NCBI GenBank assembly: GCA_015233115.1
Contig: JADFYJ010000001.1
Coordinates: 195,084 to 259,083 of the forward strand
Length of the DNA: 64,000 nt
Direction of reading: 5' to 3'
Source of the DNA: Candidatus Omnitrophota bacterium
GTDB taxonomy: Bacteria; Omnitrophota; Gorgyraeia; Zapsychrales; Zapsychraceae
Both the position numbers and the translations under genes were made by a program. The notes under the pieces were generated by a model that made no database searches, was not told the origin of the DNA, and saw only the letters and a list, made by a program, of their open reading frames with translations. Shown here one piece after another: positions 56,843 to 64,000 of this stretch; position 1 is the stretch's first letter; each line of letters opens with the position of its first letter.

Positions 56843-58431
56843 TTCTCATGATTGATAATTATGATTCATTTACCTATAACGTGGTCCAGCTGATCAGTAA
56901 ATTGGGTTATACAGTAAAAACTGTGCGTAACGACGAGATCACAATTAAAGAAATTGAAAAATTAAAGCCTTCGCATATTGTAATATCTCCCGGGCCAGGT
57001 TATCCCAAAGACGCGGGGATCAGTCTTAAAGTCATTAAATATTTTGCTGGAAAAATTCCGATTCTTGGCGTTTGCTTAGGGCATCAATGTATTATTGAAG
57101 CGTTTGGCGGCAAAATTATTTCTGCCGGTAAAATCGTGCACGGCAAAACCTCCAAAATCATTCATGACAGCAAAGGTCTTTTTCGCAATATTCCTCAGAG
57201 TCTGGATGTAGTCCGGTATCATTCTCTGGCCGGTGATCCTGAAGCTATGCCTGAATGCCTGGAAACCACAGCCCAGACAGAAGACGGCACTATCATGGGC
57301 GTGCGGCATAAAGATTACCAAATTGTGGGTGTACAATTTCATCCAGAATCAATCGGCACTCAAAAAGGTGAAGAGATAATGAAAAACTTTTTTCATTATC
57401 GCAGTGAAGAAGCGCAAGCTGTTAAATTGATTACAAAGGTTTCCCGCGACGAAAATCTGGATGCCAAAGAGAGTTATCACATGATGGATGAAATCACTTC
57501 CGGTGAATTAGCAGATAGTCAGCTCGGAACATTTTTAGGCGCATTGGCTGTCAAAGGCATTACTCCGGTAGAACTCAGTAGTTTTGTGCAATTGTTGCGT
57601 GACAAAGCCGGAGTGAAAACTTCGATCAGGGGTGCCTTAGATACATGCGGGACTGGCGGTGACGGAAAACACACGTTTAACATCTCAACTGCTGCGGCAT
57701 TATTATGCGCGTTTTCCGGCATCAAAGTTGCTAAACACGGTAACCGCGCTATCAGCTCTAAGTCCGGCAGTTTTGATTTTTTAAATAGTTTAGGAATCAA
57801 TACCCAAGGCGACATTGTTGAAAACATTAAATCCCTGAATAAAAATAATTTCGCGTTCTTTTTCGCGCCGAATTATCATTCTGCCATGAAGTATGTGGCT
57901 AAAGTCCGGCAGGAAATAAAGATCCGCACAGTTTTTAACATGATCGGCCCTTTGGCAAATCCGCTGGCATTAGATTATCAACTCGTCGGTATTTTTGATC
58001 CAAAATTGCTTGATCTGTTTGCTGAGTCTATGAAACGACTTGGCAGGAAACACGCGATGGTGGTTCACTCCACTGACGGCTTAGATGAAATCAGCATATC
58101 CGCAAAAACATTAGTGAAAGAATTAATGCGTGATGGCACAATCATTTCTTATGAAATAAACCCGGCTGATTTTGGCATCAAAAATTATAAATTGTCCGAC
58201 ATAGAAGGCGCTTCAGCTAATGACAATGTGGAATTATTTTATAAAATTATTTCCGGCAAAAAACTTACGCATAAAGAAACTGCCGTGAAAATCGCCATAG
58301 CCTTAAATGCCGGAGCAGCGATGTATATTTGTGAGTTAAGTCCAACGATTAAAGATGGGTATAAATTAGCGCTTAAAAAAATTGAAGATAAAAAATTTAT
58401 TTTATATTTGAATCATTTAAAAAATTCTTAA
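56839..58431 (+). CDS. trpGD: Bifunctional anthranilate synthase component II (glutamine amidotransferase) / anthranilate phosphoribosyltransferase.
   Basis: N-terminal class I GATase (GVCLGHQ). C-terminal TrpD motifs (DTCGTGGDGKHTFNISTAAA, KHGNRAISSKSGS). 4-nt overlap with trpE. Confidence 0.9.
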   Translation: MILMIDNYDSFTYNVVQLISKLGYTVKTVRNDEITIKEIEKLKPSHIVISPGPGYPKDAGISLKVIKYFAGKIPILGVCLGHQCIIEAFGGKIISAGKIVHGKTSKIIHDSKGLFRNIPQSLDVVRYHSLAGDPEAMPECLETTAQTEDGTIMGVRHKDYQIVGVQFHPESIGTQKGEEIMKNFFHYRSEEAQAVKLITKVSRDENLDAKESYHMMDEITSGELADSQLGTFLGALAVKGITPVELSSFVQLLRDKAGVKTSIRGALDTCGTGGDGKHTFNISTAAALLCAFSGIKVAKHGNRAISSKSGSFDFLNSLGINTQGDIVENIKSLNKNNFAFFFAPNYHSAMKYVAKVRQEIKIRTVFNMIGPLANPLALDYQLVGIFDPKLLDLFAESMKRLGRKHAMVVHSTDGLDEISISAKTLVKELMRDGTIISYEINPADFGIKNYKLSDIEGASANDNVELFYKIISGKKLTHKETAVKIAIALNAGAAMYICELSPTIKDGYKLALKKIEDKKFILYLNHLKNS

Positions 58432-58464
58432 GATTACGCATGCTATAGCTTAAGAAAATATCTG

Positions 58465-58555
58465 GAGCGCAACGGGCGACGTTTCAACCAAGTCCTTCGC
58501 TCAAACAGCTGAGCCGAAGCGGCTCAGAACTCGCTCTGGGACTCGGTTTCCACTC
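58465..58555 (+). repeat. Roughly 95-nt structured repeat, copy 2 (see 51609..51705), in the trpGD-trpB intergenic region.
   Basis: GAGCGCAACGGGCGACGTTTCAACCAAGTCCTTCGCTCAAACAGCTGAGCCGAAGCGGCTCAGAACTCGCTCTGGGACTCGGTTT. Confidence 0.5.
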
Positions 58556-58634
58556 TGCCCTGAGCAAATTGAATGCGCTTGGGACCGGCATGCTGTATGT
58601 TTAAAATAATTATTTCTATTTTAAAGGTTAATAA

Positions 58635-59843
58635 ATGTCAAAATATTTCGGACAATTTGGCGGTCAATATACTGGCGAAGTTTTAAAACCAGCTTTAGCT
58701 GAGCTTGAAGCCGCGTTTTTAAATATTTTGCCGACCGAAGAGTTTCAGAAAGAATATCATATTTTACTGCGTGATTACGTCGGACGTCCTACGCCGCTAT
58801 ATTTCGCGGAACGGACCACCAAAGACTTGAATGGCGCAAAAGTTTATATCAAATTAGAAGGACTGGCCAATACTGGCGCGCATAAGATTAACAATGCTTT
58901 AGGGCAAGTTTTATTAGCCCAAAAAATGGGAAAGACCCGGGTCATTGCGGAAACCGGAGCAGGACAACATGGTGTGGCCACAGCCGCAGCCGCAGCCAAA
59001 CTTGGACTGGCCTGCGAAGTATTCATGGGAGAAGTTGATGTTGCCCGCCAACAGCCAAATGTTTTTTTAATGAAACAATACGGTGCGAAAGTGACGCCGG
59101 TTTCTGATGGTACACGCACGCTTAAAGACGCGGTCAACCGCACCTTAAAAGAATGGGCAGGTTGTTCCTCGGACACATTATACATTTTGGGTTCAGCTTT
59201 AGGCCCTTATCCCTATCCGGATATGGTCCGCACATTTCAGCAAATTATTGGTCAGGAAATCCGCCAATCAATTTTAGAAAGGGAAGGGCGTTTACCCGAT
59301 ATGCTGATTGCCTGTTGCGGCGGAGGTTCTAATTCTATCGGCACATTTACGCCATTTATAAATGACACAGTTTCTCTTGTCGCGGTAGAGGCAGGCGGAA
59401 AGGGAAAACATTTAGGCGATCACGCGGTTCGCATGAATGGTAACGGCCATCTAGGAATTATTGAAGGCTACAAATCATTTTTTATACAAAATGGCGAAGG
59501 ACAAGTTTTACCGACCCATTCTATTTCAGCTGGTTTAGATTACGCTGGCATCGGACCAGAATTAGCCTTTTTAGGAGAGAAGGGCAGAATTAAATTCGAA
59601 AGCGCGACTGACACGGAAGTTTTAAACGCGTACCAATATTTTGCCCAAAAAGAAGGTTTATTATTCGCCATGGAATCTGCTCATGCCGCGGCCTATGCTT
59701 TGCGAATAGTTCCCAAATTGACCAAAGAAGCTATCGTCTGCATCACCATGTCTGGACGAGGCGATAAAGATATTTTTATTACGGCGAAAGAATTGTATAA
59801 AGCAGAATGGATTAAATTCTTAAAAAATGAATGTGAAAAATAA
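58635..59843 (+). CDS. trpB: Tryptophan synthase beta chain.
   Basis: GGQYTGE...RPTPLY...HKINNALGQ...GAGQHG PLP-fold signatures. Confidence 0.92.
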   Translation: MSKYFGQFGGQYTGEVLKPALAELEAAFLNILPTEEFQKEYHILLRDYVGRPTPLYFAERTTKDLNGAKVYIKLEGLANTGAHKINNALGQVLLAQKMGKTRVIAETGAGQHGVATAAAAAKLGLACEVFMGEVDVARQQPNVFLMKQYGAKVTPVSDGTRTLKDAVNRTLKEWAGCSSDTLYILGSALGPYPYPDMVRTFQQIIGQEIRQSILEREGRLPDMLIACCGGGSNSIGTFTPFINDTVSLVAVEAGGKGKHLGDHAVRMNGNGHLGIIEGYKSFFIQNGEGQVLPTHSISAGLDYAGIGPELAFLGEKGRIKFESATDTEVLNAYQYFAQKEGLLFAMESAHAAAYALRIVPKLTKEAIVCITMSGRGDKDIFITAKELYKAEWIKFLKNECEK

Positions 59844-59864
59844 AATGTGATAAAAGATGCTGTT

Positions 59865-59993
59865 GTAGGGGCGATCTCCTGATCGCCCGCACTATAAAAG
59901 ATTTATAAATTATCATTTCGGTTTTTTTTGTTTGTATTTTTGAAATAAAAAAGCGAATATTTTGTAAACGGGCGATCAGGAGATCGCCCCTAC
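59865..59993 (+). repeat. Long inverted repeat, GTAGGGGCGATCTCCTGATCGCCCG ... CGGGCGATCAGGAGATCGCCCCTAC, flanking an A/T-rich 79-bp core.
   Basis: 25-bp arms that are exact reverse complements. Each arm is also internally palindromic (GGCGATC-TCCT-GATCGCC). Confidence 0.7.
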
Positions 59994-60140
59994 GACCAAG
60001 GACGCAATGTCCGCGTAGTGCTGGAAGCTCCTGCGAGCAGTGCGACCAAGGACGCAATGTCCGCGTAGTGCTGGAAGCTCCTGCGAGCAGTGCGACCAAG
60101 GACGCAATGTCCGCGTAGTGCTGAAGCTCCTGCGAATGGC
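59994..60140 (+). repeat. 50-bp direct tandem repeat, about 2.9 copies (GACCAAGGACGCAATGTCCGCGTAGTGCTGGAAGCTCCTGCGAGCAGTGC).
   Basis: Units at 59994-60043 and 60044-60093 are identical. The third unit is degenerate, with a 1-nt deletion and a diverged end. Confidence 0.8.
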
Positions 60141-60157
60141 ACAAAAATATATTAAAA

Positions 60158-60937
60158 TTGTCAAAAACACAAAATATGACACAAAAGAATTTATCTATGC
60201 GTATTATGTCGCACTTAGTTGCCGGTTTTCCAAATCACGACGGATTTCTTCAGGCTCTAAAAGCTTTGAAAGACGGCGGCGCAGATACTTTAGAATTGCA
60301 GATTCCATTTTCTGATCCTACAGCTGACGGTCCATCCATTACTTTTGCCAATGAAGAAGCAATACGACAGGGATTTCATGTGCCGCAAATTTTTGACTAC
60401 ATCAAAGAAGCCCAAAAAATCGGGTTTGAACGAATAGTCGTCATGACCTACGCGAATATTCCTTTTGTTTATGGGATAAAAAAATATGTTCAGGACATGA
60501 AAAAAGCTGGCGTGACTGCTATTTTAGCGCCCGATTTACCCTTGGACGACGAAGAAGGATTTTATCAAGCATCTTTTGACACAGGCATTGACCCTATGCC
60601 GGTTGCTGTCGTCAATATGTCTGCCGCGCGTTTACAATTAATAAAACAAAAACCATTCAAAAAAATTTACGTGGCCATAAGAGCAGGGACAACCGGAAAA
60701 CAAACAGTATTAGATGAAAATATTAAAAATATTCTTCAACAGCTCAAGGACTATGAAATTTACGCGGGTTTCGGCATTAGAACCAATCAACAAATTCAAG
60801 AACTTTCCAAATACGCTGACGTCTCAGTAGTGGGTTCTTTTTTCACAGAAACCATTATTAATGCCGTCCAACAAAAATCCGATATCTACACCCAAGTCAA
60901 AGCCGCGATTTCAAGCTTGATAAACCCGATATCTTAA
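60158..60937 (+). CDS. trpA: Tryptophan synthase alpha chain.
   Basis: GADTLELQIPFSDPTADGPSIT matches the TrpA motif ELG(I/V)PFSDP(L/V)ADGP. Confidence 0.85.
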   Translation: MSKTQNMTQKNLSMRIMSHLVAGFPNHDGFLQALKALKDGGADTLELQIPFSDPTADGPSITFANEEAIRQGFHVPQIFDYIKEAQKIGFERIVVMTYANIPFVYGIKKYVQDMKKAGVTAILAPDLPLDDEEGFYQASFDTGIDPMPVAVVNMSAARLQLIKQKPFKKIYVAIRAGTTGKQTVLDENIKNILQQLKDYEIYAGFGIRTNQQIQELSKYADVSVVGSFFTETIINAVQQKSDIYTQVKAAISSLINPIS

Positions 60938-60954
60938 TTTACAATTAAACTTCT

Positions 60955-61221
60955 ATGTTAGGCCTTAAAGAATTAATTCAAGTATTTGTGCATATTAAGG
61001 ACGAGAAAGAGATGAAGCAACTCTTTCATGAAATCTTTACTGAAAAAGAGCGGGAAACTTTATCTGACCGCTGGCTTTTGATGAAAGAAATTCACAACAA
61101 TACTCCACAACGGAAAATCGCGGAAAAATTTCACATGAGTTTATGCAAAATCACCCGCGGAGCAAAAGTTTTACACGAAAAAAAATCTATTTGTAAAAAA
61201 ATATTGGATGCGAAAAATTAA
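60955..61221 (+). CDS. TrpR/YerC-family small DNA-binding protein.
   Basis: EKERETLSDRWLLMKEI...QRKIAEKFHMSLCKITRGAKVL aligns with the TrpR/YerC HTH, including the (A/S)TITRGS motif. Confidence 0.6.
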   Translation: MLGLKELIQVFVHIKDEKEMKQLFHEIFTEKERETLSDRWLLMKEIHNNTPQRKIAEKFHMSLCKITRGAKVLHEKKSICKKILDAKN

Positions 61222-61222
61222 C

Positions 61223-62962
61223 ATGGAACTTTTATCAGGTAATGAAGCCATCAGCCGTGGTGCCTACGAAGCAGGCGTCACTTTAGCCGCGGGATATCCG
61301 GGCACACCATCAACGGAAATTCTAGAAGATATCGTCAAATATAAAGACGCGATCTATGCGGAGTGGTCTCCTAATGAAAAAGTCGCCTTCGAAGTCGCAT
61401 CTGCCGCAGCCATGTCTGGCGCGCGATCTTTAGTCACCATGAAACACGTGGGCTTAAACGTGGCTGCTGATCCTTTGATGACTTTGGCCTATATTGGTGT
61501 TAAAGGCGGCATGGTGGTCGTAGTTGCCGATGATCCGGGCATGCATTCGTCTCAAAATGAACAAGACAGCCGTCATTACGCGCGTTTCGCGAAAGTGCCG
61601 ATGCTCGAGCCATCTGACAGCCAGGAAGCCAAAGATTTTATGCTGAAAGCCTATGAGCTTTCTGAGCAATTTGGAACACCAGTCATTTTACGTACTGAAA
61701 CCCGCATCAGCCATTCACGCAGTTTGGTTAATCTGGGAAACCGCCGTCTGGCAAACAAGGTTGATTTTATAAAAGATCAAAGTCAGTTTGTCATGGTTCC
61801 GATGTGGGCCAGAGGACGTCGCGTGCAATTGGAAGGACGTCTCAAAAAAATGCAGGAAAATGCCTGCCAATCTGACCTGAACAGAATGGAAATGAATGAC
61901 ACATCTTTCGGAATTATTACTTCTGGCGTTACTTATCAATACGTCAAAGAAGTCTGGCCCAATGCGTCAATTTTGAAACTTGGTTTTGTTTATCCTTTTC
62001 CTGACGAATTAATCCGTCAATTTGCGTCAAAAGTTAAAACCATACTGGTTGTCGAACAACTGGATAATTTTATCGAAGAACATGTCAAATCTTTAGGTAT
62101 CGCATGCCAGGGAAAAAATTATATTCCCAATATCGGCGAACTATCGCCATCAGTTTTATCTGACGTAAAAGCCAAAATGGAATCAACTTCAACCGCACAA
62201 GTACCTTTCAAAAATATTGCGGAACAACTTCCCGGCCGGCCGCCGGTGTTATGCGCAGGATGCCCGCACCGTGGAATATTCCATGCCTTAAAAAACCATG
62301 ATGTCGTTGTTGCAGGCGATATTGGTTGTTACAGTTTAGGAACTTTTAAACCATTGTCGCAATTGGATATTATTTTGTGCATGGGCGGCGGCATATCCAT
62401 GGCACACGGCATTCAAAAAGCTAGCAATGCCAAAAAAGTCGTCGGAGTTATCGGAGATTCAACGTTTTTCCATTCGGGCATAACAGGTTTGGTTGATATT
62501 GTTTATAACAAAGGCACATCAACCATTATCGTGCTGGATAACCGTATTACAGGCATGACCGGCCATCAGGAAAACCCGGGGAGCGGACTCACTTTAATGG
62601 GAGAATCAACACACGCCATTTCAATTGCGGATATAGGACGAGCATGCGGAGTAAAGCGTATTTTTGAAATCAATCCCTACGACCAGAAACATACCCAGCA
62701 AATCATTGCACAAGAGATCGCGGTTGATGAACCATCTTTGATCATTTCCAAAGCGGCCTGTGTTTTGCATGTAAAAAAACCGGTCAGCCCACAACGGTAT
62801 ATTGATCAGGATACATGCAAAAATTGCCGTCAGTGTTTAAAATTAGGATGCCCAGCCATAGAAGCAGGCGAAGGCAAGCCGCATGTTAATCCCTACACCT
62901 GCATGGGTTGTACACTGTGTCAGCAGGTTTGCAAGTTTGATTCAATACACGAGATAAAGTAA
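61223..62962 (+). CDS. iorA: Indolepyruvate ferredoxin oxidoreductase alpha subunit.
   Basis: TPP-binding 2-oxoacid:ferredoxin oxidoreductase N-terminal motifs. C-terminal 2x[4Fe-4S] (CKNCRQCLKLGCPAI, CMGCTLCQQVC). Start at the ATG at 61223, just after the preceding stop. Confidence 0.88.
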   Translation: MELLSGNEAISRGAYEAGVTLAAGYPGTPSTEILEDIVKYKDAIYAEWSPNEKVAFEVASAAAMSGARSLVTMKHVGLNVAADPLMTLAYIGVKGGMVVVVADDPGMHSSQNEQDSRHYARFAKVPMLEPSDSQEAKDFMLKAYELSEQFGTPVILRTETRISHSRSLVNLGNRRLANKVDFIKDQSQFVMVPMWARGRRVQLEGRLKKMQENACQSDLNRMEMNDTSFGIITSGVTYQYVKEVWPNASILKLGFVYPFPDELIRQFASKVKTILVVEQLDNFIEEHVKSLGIACQGKNYIPNIGELSPSVLSDVKAKMESTSTAQVPFKNIAEQLPGRPPVLCAGCPHRGIFHALKNHDVVVAGDIGCYSLGTFKPLSQLDIILCMGGGISMAHGIQKASNAKKVVGVIGDSTFFHSGITGLVDIVYNKGTSTIIVLDNRITGMTGHQENPGSGLTLMGESTHAISIADIGRACGVKRIFEINPYDQKHTQQIIAQEIAVDEPSLIISKAACVLHVKKPVSPQRYIDQDTCKNCRQCLKLGCPAIEAGEGKPHVNPYTCMGCTLCQQVCKFDSIHEIK

Positions 62963-62970
62963 ATCATGAA

Positions 62971-63147
62971 AAAGTCACAAAGTCACACGTCACAAGGTCA
63001 CAAAGGAAAATTTTGTTTAAAAACAAAACAAAAAGCGAATGATTAAATTTTGTTTTTTTAGTTTATTTATTTTTCTTATTGTTTGAGGTGTTATTTTTTT
63101 AATCTTTATTAGCCTTTGTGACATTGTGACTTTGTGTCCTTGTGACT
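62971..63147 (+). repeat. MITE-like element, copy C, lying entirely between iorA and iorB.
   Basis: Left arm AAAGTCACAAAGTCACACGTCACAAGGTCACAAAGG. Right arm CCTTTGTGACATTGTGACTTTGTGTCCTTGTGAC. The sub-terminal sequences match copy A. Confidence 0.7.
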
Positions 63148-63166
63148 TTTTAAAAAGGATCTGTTT

Positions 63167-63751
63167 ATGTCAAACGATACTATCGTTAGCATTGTTATCG
63201 CCGGTGTCGGCGGCCAGGGGATTTTGTTGGCTAGTGACATTACTGCCTTGGCAGCACTCAATGCCGGCTTTGATGTTAAAACCAATGAAGTTCATGGCAT
63301 GGCGCAAAGAGGAGGGTCAGTTATCGGGCAAATCCGCTATGGAAAAAAAGTTTACAGCCCATTAGTGAAAAAAGGCACAGCTCAAGTTTTAGCAGGGTTA
63401 GAACGGATTGAAATTTTGCGTTACGCGGAATATCTCGCGAAAGACGGATTGGCGGTCGTGAATAGCCAAATGATCATACCTGTTACAGTTTCTATGGGCG
63501 TATCAAAATATCCGGCTGACGCAAAACAATTACTTGAATCTACTTTTCCCAGATTAGTTTATTTCGATGCCGGCGTAGAAGCCGCAAAATTAGGCAACAT
63601 TAAAGCCGCCAATGTGGTGCTTTTAGGCGCCATATCCAATGGAATCGGTCTGCCATTAGAAGCATGGACTGGAGCCATCACCAAACGCGTCCCGCAAAAA
63701 TTCCTTGATCTCAACATTAAAGCGTTTATGGCAGGAAGAAATTACAAATAA
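63167..63751 (+). CDS. iorB: Indolepyruvate ferredoxin oxidoreductase beta subunit.
   Basis: IVIAGVGGQGILLASDI...EVHGMAQRGGSV is the IorB/OFOR gamma-like signature. Confidence 0.85.
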   Translation: MSNDTIVSIVIAGVGGQGILLASDITALAALNAGFDVKTNEVHGMAQRGGSVIGQIRYGKKVYSPLVKKGTAQVLAGLERIEILRYAEYLAKDGLAVVNSQMIIPVTVSMGVSKYPADAKQLLESTFPRLVYFDAGVEAAKLGNIKAANVVLLGAISNGIGLPLEAWTGAITKRVPQKFLDLNIKAFMAGRNYK

Positions 63752-63752
63752 T

Positions 63753-64000
63753 TTAAATAATTTTCCAATATTCGGCTGGTGGGATAATAAGAATATTTTG
63801 GTATTTTTTAAGCATGGTTAAATCTTTGTCACCAGAGATGATCATATCAATTTTATTCAGCAATGCATCAGCTAAAATTTGATTATCATTCGGATCCCGG
63901 CATATATCTATTATTTCAGAGGCTTTTTCGCCCTTAGTCCCATATTTTTTAAAAAGTTCAACTACAGAATGGATCACAGGGAGGCTTAAATCAAATTTCT
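63753..64000 (-). CDS. PIN-domain toxin of a putative toxin-antitoxin system (TIGR00305-like). The 5' end lies beyond the window.
   Basis: The C-terminal region DPNDNQILADALLNKIDMIISGDKDLTML matches the DPxDxxxL...GDKDLL motif. The ORF stays open to the window edge on the minus strand; the track's 'M' at 63977 is a GTG. Confidence 0.5.
   Translation of the reverse strand, partial: KFDLSLPVIHSVVELFKKYGTKGEKASEIIDICRDPNDNQILADALLNKIDMIISGDKDLTMLKKYQNILIIPPAEYWKII

Noticed and set aside
59986-60140. Possible CRISPR array in the trpB-trpA spacer.
   Set aside because: The 50-bp units are directly abutting with no unique spacers, and there is no cas gene or leader. It is a tandem minisatellite, not a CRISPR array.
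59812-60315. ORFs 59812..60144(-), 59976..60182(-) and 60040..60315(+).
   Set aside because: They are generated by the inverted and tandem repeats, as shown by repetitive protein sequences such as TTRTLRPWSHCSQELPALRGHCVLGR occurring twice. They overlap each other and the trpA start.
1-64000. tRNA, rRNA or tmRNA genes.
   Set aside because: Scanning all spacers longer than 80 bp by eye found no cloverleaf-compatible sequence (no GTTCRANYC T-loop in an appropriate context). This should be confirmed with tRNAscan-SE or Infernal.

Overview
This is a 64 kb window from an AT-rich genome of a diderm (outer-membrane-bearing) bacterium. Codon usage and gene content suggest an uncultivated or candidate lineage, but I cannot assign a taxon from sequence alone. 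Nearly all genes are on the + strand and tightly packed. I saw no rRNA, tRNA or CRISPR array.

Recognisable content, in order:
- a truncated methyltransferase at the 5' edge;
- a four-gene locus (1.7-7.6 kb): two paralogous exported low-complexity repeat proteins, a standalone C39-type cysteine peptidase and a coiled-coil/beta-barrel outer-membrane protein. I consider this the most interesting candidate system; its architecture is reminiscent of functional-amyloid (FapBC-FapD-FapF) or curli export;
- an Old Yellow Enzyme, a MATE pump, an enolase-superfamily enzyme, and an NlpC/P60 hydrolase;
- a TetR regulator with a textbook promoter/operator, followed by a complete NodT/MFP/RND efflux operon;
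- a tight four-gene operon: alpha/beta hydrolase, MtnX-like HAD phosphatase, class III aminotransferase, FemAB-like transferase;
- a head-to-tail pair of small EamA-like transporter subunits (minus strand);
- GlgX;
- a second TolC-like + RND pair with no adaptor gene;
- a PEMT/ICMT-like methyltransferase and a ZnuABC-like metal uptake system;
- UppP, an APC permease, and a MarC-family protein;
- an unusual 584-aa HprK-like P-loop protein coupled to a PabB-PabC fusion;
- an Rrf2 regulator - ferredoxin - Hcp nitrosative-stress module;
- a TonB-dependent receptor;
- Hsp15, TatD, an AlkD-like repair protein, an RsmB-family methyltransferase, and a GT2;
- a trp operon (trpE, trpGD, trpB, trpA, a TrpR/YerC-like regulator) running directly into iorAB;
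- a truncated PIN toxin gene at the 3' edge.

Several non-coding repeat families stand out:
- a MITE-like element with GTCACAAGG-type terminal inverted repeats, present in three copies, one of them inside the iorA-iorB junction;
- an ATTCCC-N8-GGGAAT hairpin repeat;
- a roughly 95-nt structured repeat with compensatory stem changes, found upstream of hslR and of trpB;
- a long inverted repeat plus a 50-bp x3 tandem repeat between trpB and trpA.
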